Shown here in pieces: positions 21,259-30,519 of a stretch of 52,873 bases of DNA (position 1 is its first letter; every line of letters starts with the position of its first letter). The stretch is from a virus (taxonomy: Duplodnaviria; Caudoviricetes), in IMG/VR virus record IMGVR_UViG_3300030098_001117, positions 1 through 52,873 of that record; one strand, 5' to 3'. The position numbers were made by a program, and so were the translations under genes. The notes under the pieces were generated by a model. The model was not told the origin of the DNA, did not search any database, and saw nothing but the letters and a program-made list of their open reading frames with translations.

Positions 21259-22395
21259 TTAAAAAGTTGGTTTTCCGCCCCAAGTACCAGAACCTTCTCT
21301 AAAGTATTCTGGCTCCATATAGGGAAGCGTTCCTTGTTTCAAAGAAAAGGGGTCTCCGTTGTATAGGTTTATTGCTAATTTTTTCCATGAACCATTCGGA
21401 TTTGCTCTTATAGAATTTACCTGCGGAAAATCCATAGCAGAACCGTTTTGTTTGTTGAACTTTCTTAGTTCAGATTCCATAACTTTCACTGCCCTTTCTG
21501 CTATCCAATCTGGTGCTTCTTCTATACATTCTCTTTTAAAACATTCTTCCCACGTTTCTCCTGACTTTCTTATAGGTTGACATGATATTTTTCCGAATTG
21601 AGCAGCGGTCCTAATGCCGTCTAATCTATGACATACTGAATCAAACCATCTTGGAAATGCTTTCTGACCTAATTGTAAATCAGGGATTCCTGCAGTCGTC
21701 ATTGTTAAAGGTGCAATTCTGAGTTTATTTTTTGACCTTCCATGTTTTACCATTACATCGTAAGCATGATTGTAGTCCCATTTAAAATCTCCTATTGCTT
21801 TCCAAATATCTCCATCTGTCCAATCATATATTGGTCTTAGATACTTTACTCCTATTTCATTGCCTTTAGTTATGTGACCTTTGCTTGAAAACAACCCCAT
21901 ACGTCTATTAGGACTCTCTTGTACTCTCAGTCCGATACAAGCCATTAGGTCCTTGCCTTCTTCAACAGGAAACCTTTCTGGTGTAACTAACGCAGTTATA
22001 TTCTGTTCTTCAATCTTATACGCATAAGGTGGTGGCTTCCTTACCCAATCATCAGGGTTAACTGCTTCATCAAAAATCCACCAATAAGGTAAATTTCTAT
22101 TGAATACATTTATAACAGGTTGACCTGCGTAAACATGATGCATATTTACTTCAGGTCTTTGGGCAACTCTATCTAAGTATTCGTATGTATTCGGAAACAA
22201 TATTTCTTCATCACGATGTATAACATTTATTGGAAGCTTACCTGCTGCATCAGCAGCCATTATCGCAAGTTCCATGCAGACCGTGCTGTCTTTGCCTCCG
22301 CTTTGGGAAATTACTATCGTGTGCCCTTGCTCGTAAACTTCTTGGAGTCTATTTAAAGCTGCATCAAATACGTTTAGGTTTAAATTTAGCTTCAT
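21259..22395 (-). CDS. PAPS-reductase/PP-loop family protein (IbrA-like)
   Basis: NVFDAALNRL, PP-loop SGGKDS, IGLRVQESPNR, PIYDWTDGDIW, YNHAYDVM. Confidence 0.85.
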   Translation of the reverse strand: MKLNLNLNVFDAALNRLQEVYEQGHTIVISQSGGKDSTVCMELAIMAADAAGKLPINVIHRDEEILFPNTYEYLDRVAQRPEVNMHHVYAGQPVINVFNRNLPYWWIFDEAVNPDDWVRKPPPYAYKIEEQNITALVTPERFPVEEGKDLMACIGLRVQESPNRRMGLFSSKGHITKGNEIGVKYLRPIYDWTDGDIWKAIGDFKWDYNHAYDVMVKHGRSKNKLRIAPLTMTTAGIPDLQLGQKAFPRWFDSVCHRLDGIRTAAQFGKISCQPIRKSGETWEECFKRECIEEAPDWIAERAVKVMESELRKFNKQNGSAMDFPQVNSIRANPNGSWKKLAINLYNGDPFSLKQGTLPYMEPEYFREGSGTWGGKPTF

Positions 22396-23075
22396 AACTG
22401 TAATATCAATAAATAGTATTTACACTTAGAAAGGTTGTGAATGTTTTTGTTCATACTTCTGTATATATCTTTTAATGTCTCACTTTTATTGTCATATTCT
22501 ATACTAGAAAGACCCAATGTGTACGACCAATCATAATCTATATTATCTAATAAGTCTTGTATTTGTTTATAAGTAAACCTGTAAGGGTCAATAGTCTCTC
22601 CCCCTTCATGGCTGACAACTTCATAATCAACAGAACTATTTAAAAAAGTTACATATAGGAATCCACCTTTCTTTATATAATCAAAAAGTTTTATAAACCC
22701 TTCTTCCCCACAATAATCCGTTATAGAAAAAAGGCTTGTAACTAAATCATATTTATTTTCATCAGAATAACTCATAAAATCTTTATGAAGGAATTTATAC
22801 TGTTTGTGTTTTGCCTTTGCTTGTGAAAGCATCTTTTCACTTATATCTAAACCTAAATAGTTATAGGGTTTAATTTCTTCTCTGAACAAATCTAAAAACA
22901 ACCCTGTTCCTGCCCCACAATCTAATACAGTCTTATTTTGTGCATAAGCTGCAGGAGGCAAACAATCAATTAGAACCTTGTTTTCAGCTTTTATTATTTT
23001 GTGATTTTCTTTACTGTTATATATATCGTCATATCTAGAAGCAGCCGCATCATATAATTCTTGTATGTTTTTCAA
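22392..23075 (-). CDS. Class I SAM-dependent methyltransferase
   Basis: YDAAASRYD, motif I VLDCGAGTG, GLDISEKML, YDLVTSLF, KKGG. Confidence 0.88.
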   Translation of the reverse strand: MKNIQELYDAAASRYDDIYNSKENHKIIKAENKVLIDCLPPAAYAQNKTVLDCGAGTGLFLDLFREEIKPYNYLGLDISEKMLSQAKAKHKQYKFLHKDFMSYSDENKYDLVTSLFSITDYCGEEGFIKLFDYIKKGGFLYVTFLNSSVDYEVVSHEGGETIDPYRFTYKQIQDLLDNIDYDWSYTLGLSSIEYDNKSETLKDIYRSMNKNIHNLSKCKYYLLILQL

Positions 23076-23085
23076 TGGGATGCTC

Positions 23086-24786
23086 CTAAACTGTCCAGTT
23101 TTCTTGGATTTCTACTGCTCTTTCCTCAAAAACTCTTTTTTTGTGATTATAAAATAATTTGCATTCCCCAATCTGACCATATAATCCCTGCTCTCTAATC
23201 TTTCTTGTGATTATATTTATAGAGTCATCATCAAAGTCTCTGTGTACTGTAATTACAGCATCACTTTGATTGTGCCAATGAGAAGCACCTGCTATGTCAT
23301 AAGCGGTTGGTGGTGCATAACCGCCATCGTTTTCTTTTTGCATCTTGGTAGGATGTGCTACTACCCAAACAGTGCAATCATGAACCCTTGCAAACTTTTT
23401 ACAGTTAGAAATAAAATCCCTTATGTGTTCATCTTCTCTATAGTTGCCCCTTCTTCTAGCATCTACTTCATTGTAAGGGTCTATGACCAACCCATTAATT
23501 CCGAACTTTAATACGCTTTGTTTGGCTATATCTAATATCTTCTCAATGTTGGGTATGTGTTCCCTTGTCTCAATAAAATAAAAATGCTCATTTACCCAAT
23601 CTAGAGCATTGTGCAACTCATCAGTGCTCATTCTTCCTTCTATGCTTTTATCAAAAGGTTTTTCTGAAACTATTTGTGCAAGCCTTCTTATGTGCATACT
23701 GGTAGAGTGCTCTGGACTAAACATAGCAAACTTCCATCCATGCTTTCTAGCTATGTTAACTAGAAACTGGTCTAGAACTGTGCTTTTTCCATGATTAGGT
23801 ATGCCAGTCCAAACATGAAATGTTCCTTTTAACACTTTGTATATCCTATCTATAGAAGGAAACCCTATCTCAATAGGCTTTGTATAATTGCCATTAAATA
23901 AATCTATGACTTGGCTAGTATAATTGTTAACAGTATATAAACCATCCACTGGATAAGGCTTTGCCTTTTCTACTATTTTTTTTAAAGTGGCAGCACCATG
24001 CTTAACCAAAACATCATTAGCATCTTTACAATCTTTAGGAACTTCTACATACCAACACCTGTCTTTTCCAAACCTATGAAGCAACTCCTTATTTAAGTTT
24101 TCTCCTGCCCCATCATTATCTACAAAAATAATTATTTTTTTTGCTTTTAATGGATATGCCTGCAAACAACTAAACCTTTTATCATTTTCTTTGAAGTTTG
24201 CCTGTGCAGGAGCTCCATCAGGTAGAGTTGTTGCATTACGAAACCCTACTTCCCACAAACTTAAAACATCTATTTCACCCTCTACAAATATAACCGTATC
24301 TGAATCTTTTACTGCCTTATAGTTATATAAAGATTTTTTAGCATTAGGAGTTTGCTTAAATTGTTTGTCTACAGTTCTGAACTTTATATTGTCGCATCGG
24401 TTATTGTGTGGATTGTAGGGCATAGCTATCCACTTACTATCTTTAGTATGAACACAATGGTATTCGTATGTCTCTCTGCTTATTGAACGAGAAATAAAAT
24501 AGTCATCAAGAAACTTTGTGTGCTTTGTGTTTTCTATAGTTATTGGTTCTGCAGCCTTTGGCTTATTAACACTTTTAGTTATTGGTGTTGTTTTATCGTA
24601 TACAGAGCCAGTGTCTTCACAGTGATGACAAAACCATACAGCACTATCTATATCAATAGTTACAGAAAGAGGTCTATCTGAAGCTTTGTGTGGTGGTTGA
24701 CACTTTGGACATTTTGTTTTGTGTGTTCCTTCTGTGTAATTTTTTAATCTTATATTGTTTTCTAGTAGCTTATCCTGCAAGTGCAT
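23086..24786 (-). CDS. Bifunctional primase-helicase (T7 gp4/Twinkle-like)
   Basis: Zn finger CPKC..CHHC, TOPRIM VEGEID and DND, KDAND, Walker A GIPNHGKS, VIDPYN, VAHPTK, DIAGAS. Confidence 0.92.
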   Translation of the reverse strand: MHLQDKLLENNIRLKNYTEGTHKTKCPKCQPPHKASDRPLSVTIDIDSAVWFCHHCEDTGSVYDKTTPITKSVNKPKAAEPITIENTKHTKFLDDYFISRSISRETYEYHCVHTKDSKWIAMPYNPHNNRCDNIKFRTVDKQFKQTPNAKKSLYNYKAVKDSDTVIFVEGEIDVLSLWEVGFRNATTLPDGAPAQANFKENDKRFSCLQAYPLKAKKIIIFVDNDGAGENLNKELLHRFGKDRCWYVEVPKDCKDANDVLVKHGAATLKKIVEKAKPYPVDGLYTVNNYTSQVIDLFNGNYTKPIEIGFPSIDRIYKVLKGTFHVWTGIPNHGKSTVLDQFLVNIARKHGWKFAMFSPEHSTSMHIRRLAQIVSEKPFDKSIEGRMSTDELHNALDWVNEHFYFIETREHIPNIEKILDIAKQSVLKFGINGLVIDPYNEVDARRRGNYREDEHIRDFISNCKKFARVHDCTVWVVAHPTKMQKENDGGYAPPTAYDIAGASHWHNQSDAVITVHRDFDDDSINIITRKIREQGLYGQIGECKLFYNHKKRVFEERAVEIQENWTV

Positions 24787-25114
24787 TTTTACCCCCTTTC
24801 TTAGTTTTTAGTTTGTCTTTAGTATAGGCGGTAGTGGGTGTCCTAAGAGTAAGGACATGGGCGTCCACACTCAAAAAATACCTGTTTGAAGTACCAGAAC
24901 GCATTTCCTTCCTTATTAAATTATTTTGCTCTAACCAAGCTAAACACCTTCTTACTTGTCTATCTGAAATACCGCAAATACTAGCTATATGCTTTTCACT
25001 AGGATAGCAAGAGTGCTCTTGGTCTGCGTAGTTTGATAGAATAAAAAGGACTAATTTAGTTGAAGGGGTATTACATTTTTGGCGTTTACACCAACCTATT
25101 GCTTCTATAGACAT
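24770..25114 (-). CDS. HTH replication-initiator-like protein (short)
   Basis: KLVLFILSNYAD...CYPSEKHIASICGISDRQVRRCLAWLE winged HTH typical of phage replication initiators; upstream of the helicase. Confidence 0.7.
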   Translation of the reverse strand: MSIEAIGWCKRQKCNTPSTKLVLFILSNYADQEHSCYPSEKHIASICGISDRQVRRCLAWLEQNNLIRKEMRSGTSNRYFLSVDAHVLTLRTPTTAYTKDKLKTKKGGKNALAG

Positions 25115-25130
25115 AGTAACCCATTATGTA

Positions 25131-25358
25131 CTAGATAGATTTATCTGGCAAGACATTAAAATCATAAAAGTCATTTGCCGTTACTAGACCCCCTGTAACT
25201 TCATAAATAATTTGCATTTCTTCTTTTCTGGGAATTCTTTTATCCTGACACCATTTAGAAATTGCGTGTTTAGAAAATGTACCACCAAGCCTTTTAGACT
25301 CATCTAAAAATTTATCTTGGGTAATTTTATGTTTACTCAAATAATCAGATAATTTCAT
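25131..25358 (-). CDS. Cro/CI-like HTH transcriptional regulator
   Basis: MKLSDYL...ITQ..F...AISKWCQDKRIPR...IYEVTGGLVTANDFY. Confidence 0.8.
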   Translation of the reverse strand: MKLSDYLSKHKITQDKFLDESKRLGGTFSKHAISKWCQDKRIPRKEEMQIIYEVTGGLVTANDFYDFNVLPDKSI

Positions 25359-25383
25359 GATGGCTAGAATACATCATTTGTTC

Positions 25384-25412
25384 TTGTAAATCCACCCATA
25401 TTGTACTAAAAT
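25384..25412 (+). promoter_or_regulatory. Sigma70-like promoter for the recombination operon
   Basis: TTGTAA-N17-TAAAAT in the divergent intergenic gap. Confidence 0.55.
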
Positions 25413-25450
25413 AGCACATCTAAATTGATATTAACCTGAAAACACATAAT

Positions 25451-26233
25451 ATGAATACAAATAATCCTTTTGAACAACATAATGTTGACCACCTTTCCCC
25501 CTCATCTATAAACGAATTTATAAACAACCCTACACACTGGCTATTAAAAGTTAGTGGATATAAAGAAAATTTTGGCATTCCTGCTTTTTGGAGGGGTACT
25601 GCAATAGACAACACTATAGAAAAGTCTTTGTTTGATATGAGGTTATCAGAAAAAAGCCTTGTAACTTATGCACTAGATGTTTTTGACCAACGTGAATATG
25701 ATGCCATGCAGGGCGGTCTTGCTTATAACAAGGCAAAAGCACAGACTGAAAGAAACGTATTAGTGGACTATATAAAAATTGCGATACCTTTTTTTAGACA
25801 GTTAGGAAAGCCAATAAAGTCTCAAGGGAAAATAAAACTAGAATATGAAGAAATTCCCATTCCAATAATCGGCTATTATGACCTCTATTATGAAGGCATA
25901 GTGCGTGATATAAAAACCACGAATAGAATGCCGAGTGTATTACCGAATTCTTATAGCAGGCAGTTATCTATATATGCTACTGCTTTAGAAGCCGTTCCTT
26001 TAGTTGATTATGTATATGCCACAAAGACTACACAAGAAGTCCGAACTGTGCCTGTACCTGATGTAGAGGAGCACATGAAAGTTGTTAGGAAAGCCTGTGG
26101 TTCTATGATGAACTTACTGTCTTATTCTGATGACATTAAACAGGTGGCTAGTTTATTAGTACCAGACTTTGACGACTGGCGGTGGTCAAATAAAGAGAAA
26201 ATAGCTGCTGCTGAACTTTTTAACTTGAAATAG
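25451..26233 (+). CDS. PD-(D/E)XK exonuclease
   Basis: HLSPSSINEF, RGTAID, IIGYYDL...VRDIKTT, QLSIYA; adjacent to ERF. Confidence 0.8.
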   Translation: MNTNNPFEQHNVDHLSPSSINEFINNPTHWLLKVSGYKENFGIPAFWRGTAIDNTIEKSLFDMRLSEKSLVTYALDVFDQREYDAMQGGLAYNKAKAQTERNVLVDYIKIAIPFFRQLGKPIKSQGKIKLEYEEIPIPIIGYYDLYYEGIVRDIKTTNRMPSVLPNSYSRQLSIYATALEAVPLVDYVYATKTTQEVRTVPVPDVEEHMKVVRKACGSMMNLLSYSDDIKQVASLLVPDFDDWRWSNKEKIAAAELFNLK

Positions 26234-26241
26234 AGGTAAAT

Positions 26242-26940
26242 ATGGATAAATTGATAAGTGCAATAGTTGAAGCACAAAAAAAAATCAACGATGCAAATAG
26301 GTCTGCAATAAATGAGTTCTTTAAAAACAAAAGAAACACATCAGGTAGTCCTTACGCAACATTAGAAGATGTTATACAGGCGGTAAAAGAGCCTTTACTA
26401 GAGCAAGGTGTTTTGTATCAACAAATATCTGAGCAAGTAGAGGGTGGAGTTTGTATAGAGACTGTGTTCATAGGACATGGCTCTAGGCTAGAAACAGGAA
26501 AAATATTTGTTCCTGCTGATAAGCAGACACCACACGGCTACGGCTCTGCACTGACGTATGCTCGCAGGTACTCATTATCTTTAGCTTGCGGTATTGGTGC
26601 TGCTGATGATGATGCTAATAAAGCAGAAGAAACAGTCAAAAAGGTCGCAAAAGTAAAGCCTTTACCTAAGACTGCATCTAAGCATGAACCTGCCATGAAA
26701 GAAGATGCTAAATATCATATAGTTAATTCAGATGGTAACATGATTGCATCAGCAGATGACGAAGGAAAGTTCTTAGAACTATGCAGAAGTTTTTTAAAGA
26801 ATCCTGAAAAAGCTGCTTGCCAAGAAATATATAAGTCAAACGAGAATACCATCAAGAAGGCTTTAATAGCTTCTTCTAATGACACTAAGAAAGCATTAGA
26901 AAATCTTATATCTTTATATGAAAACAAGGGAGAAAAATAA
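26242..26940 (+). CDS. erf: ERF-family single-strand annealing protein
   Basis: YATLEDVI..VKEPL...G, hallmark GSALTYARRYSL...GI..DDDAN. Confidence 0.9.
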   Translation: MDKLISAIVEAQKKINDANRSAINEFFKNKRNTSGSPYATLEDVIQAVKEPLLEQGVLYQQISEQVEGGVCIETVFIGHGSRLETGKIFVPADKQTPHGYGSALTYARRYSLSLACGIGAADDDANKAEETVKKVAKVKPLPKTASKHEPAMKEDAKYHIVNSDGNMIASADDEGKFLELCRSFLKNPEKAACQEIYKSNENTIKKALIASSNDTKKALENLISLYENKGEK

Positions 26941-26941
26941 A

Positions 26942-27274
26942 ATGAATCTAAATAAAATAGATGCAGAAATAGTGCACATGAAACCCAAAAGCAAAGCAAC
27001 GCACAAACAAGACCTTAACTGGTGCGTATGGCGATGTATGTCAGATGGACGTTGGTGGACTTTTTGGGAATTACAAGACGCTATACAAAGAAACACAGGA
27101 AAGTTCTATGGTGAGCCAACTATAAGTGCTGCCATACGGAATATGCGTAAGTATGAATGTCGTGTAAGATTTGGATTGCCATTAGATATGGGTGTGGAAA
27201 TAATTACCAAGAAGCGTATATCTGGGGGCAAAGGTTATAAATATAGAATGTTAGAGGTATCTAATTATGGATAA
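26942..27274 (+). CDS. Winged-HTH hypothetical protein
   Basis: MSDGRWWTFWELQ..I...YGEPTISAAIRNMRK; start after a GGAG RBS. Confidence 0.6.
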   Translation: MNLNKIDAEIVHMKPKSKATHKQDLNWCVWRCMSDGRWWTFWELQDAIQRNTGKFYGEPTISAAIRNMRKYECRVRFGLPLDMGVEIITKKRISGGKGYKYRMLEVSNYG

Positions 27275-27620
27275 ACAATTTGATGATGAATTAAAAGGTG
27301 TCTTTTTTAAAGAGAACCAAGCAGAAGTTATGTGGACAGGAAACATGACTAAAGGCGGAGAAAAAGGTTACTACAGAATAGTTCAAAGTGAAAACCGCGA
27401 TGGTAAAAAGAAACTAGAACTTATGAAATCTGTAGGTCTTATTTATGCAACCTCAGAAGAAGAAAAAACCAGTCCCAATAGTCCAGACTTTGGCGGAAGG
27501 GTTACTGTAGATAAAGATAAGCTAAAGTTTGGAAGTTGGCTAAAACTATCTGCAAGCGGTATTGATTATCTGAGTGCATCTTTTAAAAAGATTGACGAAG
27601 AAGATGAAGCACCATTTTAA
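27267..27620 (+). CDS. Putative single-stranded DNA-binding protein
   Basis: SPDFGG, GSWLK and an acidic C-terminus EEDEAPF, within a recombination operon. Confidence 0.55.
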   Translation: MDKQFDDELKGVFFKENQAEVMWTGNMTKGGEKGYYRIVQSENRDGKKKLELMKSVGLIYATSEEEKTSPNSPDFGGRVTVDKDKLKFGSWLKLSASGIDYLSASFKKIDEEDEAPF

Positions 27621-27625
27621 GTTCA

Positions 27626-27964
27626 ATGGAAGAACAAAATGAACTGTGGATTCACAGAATAAGAAAGTTAGCCAAACCCATCAGAAAAGCTGAGTATGAA
27701 ATACTAAAAAGCGATGCAGATATAAAAAGACTGCTCGCCAAATTAAAAACTATAGCTATGGCGGAAGGGCACAAAACAGTAGCATCCCAAGAGGTATTTG
27801 CTGAAAATAATCCTGAACTATATAGAATAAGGTTGCAGCTTGCGGTTAATAAAGCAAACCTTTCTAGTTTGAAAGTAGAACTCAAAGCACTTGAAGTAGG
27901 TTTTGAGGAATGGCGAACAAAAATGGTAAATGCAAGAGAAGAAGCAAAAAGATACGGAGCATAA
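27626..27964 (+). CDS. Hypothetical coiled-coil protein
   Basis: 112 aa helical ORF, co-directional with the operon. Confidence 0.5.
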   Translation: MEEQNELWIHRIRKLAKPIRKAEYEILKSDADIKRLLAKLKTIAMAEGHKTVASQEVFAENNPELYRIRLQLAVNKANLSSLKVELKALEVGFEEWRTKMVNAREEAKRYGA

Positions 27965-28172
27965 ATTTTCAGATGATTTGCTTATTATTATTTCAGCTTT
28001 TATTGAATCAATAAAAACAGTTAAAGGACTTGAGAAATATTGGTTGTCTAATAAAAAAGCAATCAAAACAATGCGTGATTTCAATGAGCAAAATTATCAT
28101 AAATTAATTGAAAACTTTAAATCAGCTAAAGCTATCATAATAGAGGGAGAAAAAAATGAAGAAAACACTTGA
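27930..28172 (+). CDS. Hypothetical protein
   Basis: 80 aa ORF, co-directional; the start is uncertain. Confidence 0.4.
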   Translation: MQEKKQKDTEHKFSDDLLIIISAFIESIKTVKGLEKYWLSNKKAIKTMRDFNEQNYHKLIENFKSAKAIIIEGEKNEENT

Positions 28173-28287
28173 GGAAATTCTAAAAGAAAAGTTAAAGAAA
28201 GAAGGGGTAAGTGATAAATGGATGCAGGAACATCTTATTGTCATAGATGGCAGGGAAGATAAAAAAGATAAGCCTAATGAAAGGTAG
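28156..28287 (+). CDS. Small hypothetical protein (43 aa)
   Basis: Manual: GGGAG RBS then MKKTLEEILKEKLKKEGVSDKWMQEHLIVIDGREDKKDKPNER. Confidence 0.5.
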   Translation: MKKTLEEILKEKLKKEGVSDKWMQEHLIVIDGREDKKDKPNER

Positions 28288-28594
28288 AAGTCCAACTTCT
28301 AAAGAAAAGGAGCACATGGCAAAAGTACGAGAACTTGGCTGCATCGTATGTCGTAAAAAGGGTTTTTATTATGTGCCTAGCGAAATACATCATATAGAAG
28401 GAAAAACGAAGGAAGGTGCTCATTTTTTAGTCTTGCCTTTATGTTTTGAACACCACCGAAGGGGCGGCGATAAAGAACCAATAAGCAGACACCCATATAA
28501 AAGAAAGTTCGTTGAAGCCTACGGCTCTGAATATGAACTTTTAGAAGAAGTAAATTCATTAATAGTAGAAGATATAGACCACTTACCTTTTTAA
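28277..28594 (+). CDS. Ref-like (recombination enhancement) HNH/Zn nuclease
   Basis: HMAKVRELGCIVC...EIHH...VLPLCFEHHR...F...YGSE.ELL. Confidence 0.75.
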   Translation: MKGRSPTSKEKEHMAKVRELGCIVCRKKGFYYVPSEIHHIEGKTKEGAHFLVLPLCFEHHRRGGDKEPISRHPYKRKFVEAYGSEYELLEEVNSLIVEDIDHLPF

Positions 28595-28599
28595 ATTAG

Positions 28600-28676
28600 G
28601 TACATTTTGTACTTGTTTATTTATGTAAACATTGTTATACTATCACCATGTTAAATAATAAATTGAGCCGAAAGGC
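28600..28676 (+). promoter_or_regulatory. Early promoter (extended -10) plus GNRA hairpin
   Basis: TTGTTT-N17-TATACT with TG extension; GCC-GAAA-GGC hairpin at 28667-28676 just before AGGAG; shares motifs with the 18651 promoter. Confidence 0.65.
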
Positions 28677-28687
28677 AGGAGAAAAAA

Positions 28688-28969
28688 ATGATTAGCATAA
28701 ATTTAAACTGTTTTGATTGTAATGAAATGTCTACAGATGAAATCGTTAATGCAGTGATACCTCAATTAGTTACTGCTATTAAAGAAAAAGCGTATGTAAA
28801 TGGATATAAAGCCACTGATGCAGAAGCTTTAGGTCTTGTAGTAAGTAAGTTTTGCAAATGGGATAGAGGAGACATCCTTAACGTAGCTTGTGAAGCTTTA
28901 GAAGATTCAAATTTCCATGATGACGTTGCAACTATTGAAAGCAAATTATTCATGAAGGAGCAATCATAA
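28688..28969 (+). CDS. Hypothetical early protein
   Basis: Strong RBS; first gene after the promoter. Confidence 0.55.
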   Translation: MISINLNCFDCNEMSTDEIVNAVIPQLVTAIKEKAYVNGYKATDAEALGLVVSKFCKWDRGDILNVACEALEDSNFHDDVATIESKLFMKEQS

Positions 28970-29205
28970 TGTTACAGGACAAAGATTACGAATTAATAAA
29001 TGACCTCTGGACATTAAGAGACAGAGAAGATTTAAAACATGATTGCATTAATTATGTAGAGTCTAACTTTCGCAAAAAGCCATTAGTTGTACTTGTGATA
29101 GATTTTTTGCAGTTAGCCGTTTCAATGAATGGTTTATCATCTAAAAATTTAGACATGATGTATGAAGATAGCCTTCAATTTGAGGAGTGTACCAATGAAT
29201 ACTAA
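28969..29205 (+). CDS. Hypothetical early protein
   Basis: AAGGAG RBS and TAATG coupling. Confidence 0.55.
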   Translation: MLQDKDYELINDLWTLRDREDLKHDCINYVESNFRKKPLVVLVIDFLQLAVSMNGLSSKNLDMMYEDSLQFEECTNEY

Positions 29206-29365
29206 TAAGAATTTAGAAGTGCTTTTAAATGATTTGAGCAATAAATATGATGTTGATTTATTTAATTTGCCGCTTGCTTCAGTTAAAGAAGTTTTAAATG
29301 ATAAGGACTGGAACGCTTTGCATCAAGTAATAAAGTACGGCAACTCTAAACAGAACAATGAATAA
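29195..29365 (+). CDS. Hypothetical early protein
   Basis: GAGGAG RBS before MNTNKN. Confidence 0.5.
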   Translation: MNTNKNLEVLLNDLSNKYDVDLFNLPLASVKEVLNDKDWNALHQVIKYGNSKQNNE

Positions 29366-30311
29366 TACAGTCTTACAGAAACTAATATATATGTACCAAG
29401 ACGTACATTATCTAAATGAAAGAGTTGGTATGCCACCGCATTTTAATCTAATGGTTGAACCTATACCTGAAAATGTAAGGCAAGAGTATTTCAAGGCTAT
29501 GAGCCAAGAGATACAACAGGCAGCAAAGTTCTACATAGACCAAAAAGATGAACACAACATATTAAGCGAACAGGAAGTAGAAAAAATTATTCCTGCTATG
29601 CCTGTATATGCACCCTACAAACTTTTATTCATACAGATAGAAACACCTGATGCAGTAATGAATGTGCTAGTGCGTGAATTGGACTATACTGCTGAGGAAA
29701 CAGACGAACCTATTTTCTTGATGTCTATGCTTATGTATGACAGAGAAAATGGATATTTTGTGCATGACTATTCTCAGTATGCGTTTACATTTCATAAAGG
29801 GGAAGTGTTCATTGAAGGGTTAGGCGAAAGTGGTAAAACACTTACGGCAGAGGATTATACATATTGGGTTCAAGGGCATTTTGTAGATTACATAATCACT
29901 GACCCTGATGAACAAGGGCAATATACAAATGTATCACTAAATATTTGGACTAAAATGGTATCAAGTGCGTTTATCACGTTGAACATTATGTTGAATTATC
30001 CTGAGATTACTCAGTCAAAAGATGTGCAAGGTAGACCAAACACAACCGATGGTCACACGAGGTTAAAAAAGTTTACGCATACTGTCTTGGCAGAGAGACC
30101 TAGCTATGAGCATAAAACTTTGAAGCTAGATATGTATGGAAACGATGAAGCAGGTGGTGGTTGTGGAAACAGTAGGTCAAGTGGTACTGCGTTCCATAGT
30201 GTGAGAAAACATATTAGAAAACTGGCTAATGGCAAAACAACTTTTGTGAAGGCACACTTCAGGGGTTCTAAAGATGTTGGTATCATAGATAAAGATTACG
30301 AGGTGAAATAA
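29358..30311 (+). CDS. Conserved phage hypothetical protein (317 aa)
   Basis: Acidic body with a basic C-terminal HSVRKHIRKL..GK...VKAHFRG motif. Confidence 0.6.
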   Translation: MNNTVLQKLIYMYQDVHYLNERVGMPPHFNLMVEPIPENVRQEYFKAMSQEIQQAAKFYIDQKDEHNILSEQEVEKIIPAMPVYAPYKLLFIQIETPDAVMNVLVRELDYTAEETDEPIFLMSMLMYDRENGYFVHDYSQYAFTFHKGEVFIEGLGESGKTLTAEDYTYWVQGHFVDYIITDPDEQGQYTNVSLNIWTKMVSSAFITLNIMLNYPEITQSKDVQGRPNTTDGHTRLKKFTHTVLAERPSYEHKTLKLDMYGNDEAGGGCGNSRSSGTAFHSVRKHIRKLANGKTTFVKAHFRGSKDVGIIDKDYEVK

Positions 30312-30517
30312 TGACAGGTGAAGAACTAAAAGAATTAAGAAAAGATACTAATACAACTCAATCTGAAATTGCAGATTATTTGGGTTACTACACAAATGGT
30401 ATACCAAATAGGTCAGTAATTTCTAGATGGGAAAAGGGCAGAACACCCATAAACCCTCGTATCAGTATGTTGCTAGCACAATTTTTTAAAAAAATAGAAG
30501 AAAAGGAGACAGTTTAG
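30311..30517 (+). CDS. XRE-family HTH protein
   Basis: MTGEELKELRK...TQSEIADYLG...ISRWEKG..PI. Confidence 0.85.
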   Translation: MTGEELKELRKDTNTTQSEIADYLGYYTNGIPNRSVISRWEKGRTPINPRISMLLAQFFKKIEEKETV

Positions 30518-30519
30518 TC

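Noticed and set aside
21259-22395. Sulfate-assimilation auxiliary gene cysH
   Set aside because: Length, motifs and pairing with a ParB protein match the IbrA-like subgroup, not metabolic PAPS reductase.
25451-26233. Possible Cas4/CRISPR association
   Set aside because: No Fe-S cysteine cluster, no other cas genes and no repeat-spacer array; the ERF neighbour points to a recombination exonuclease.
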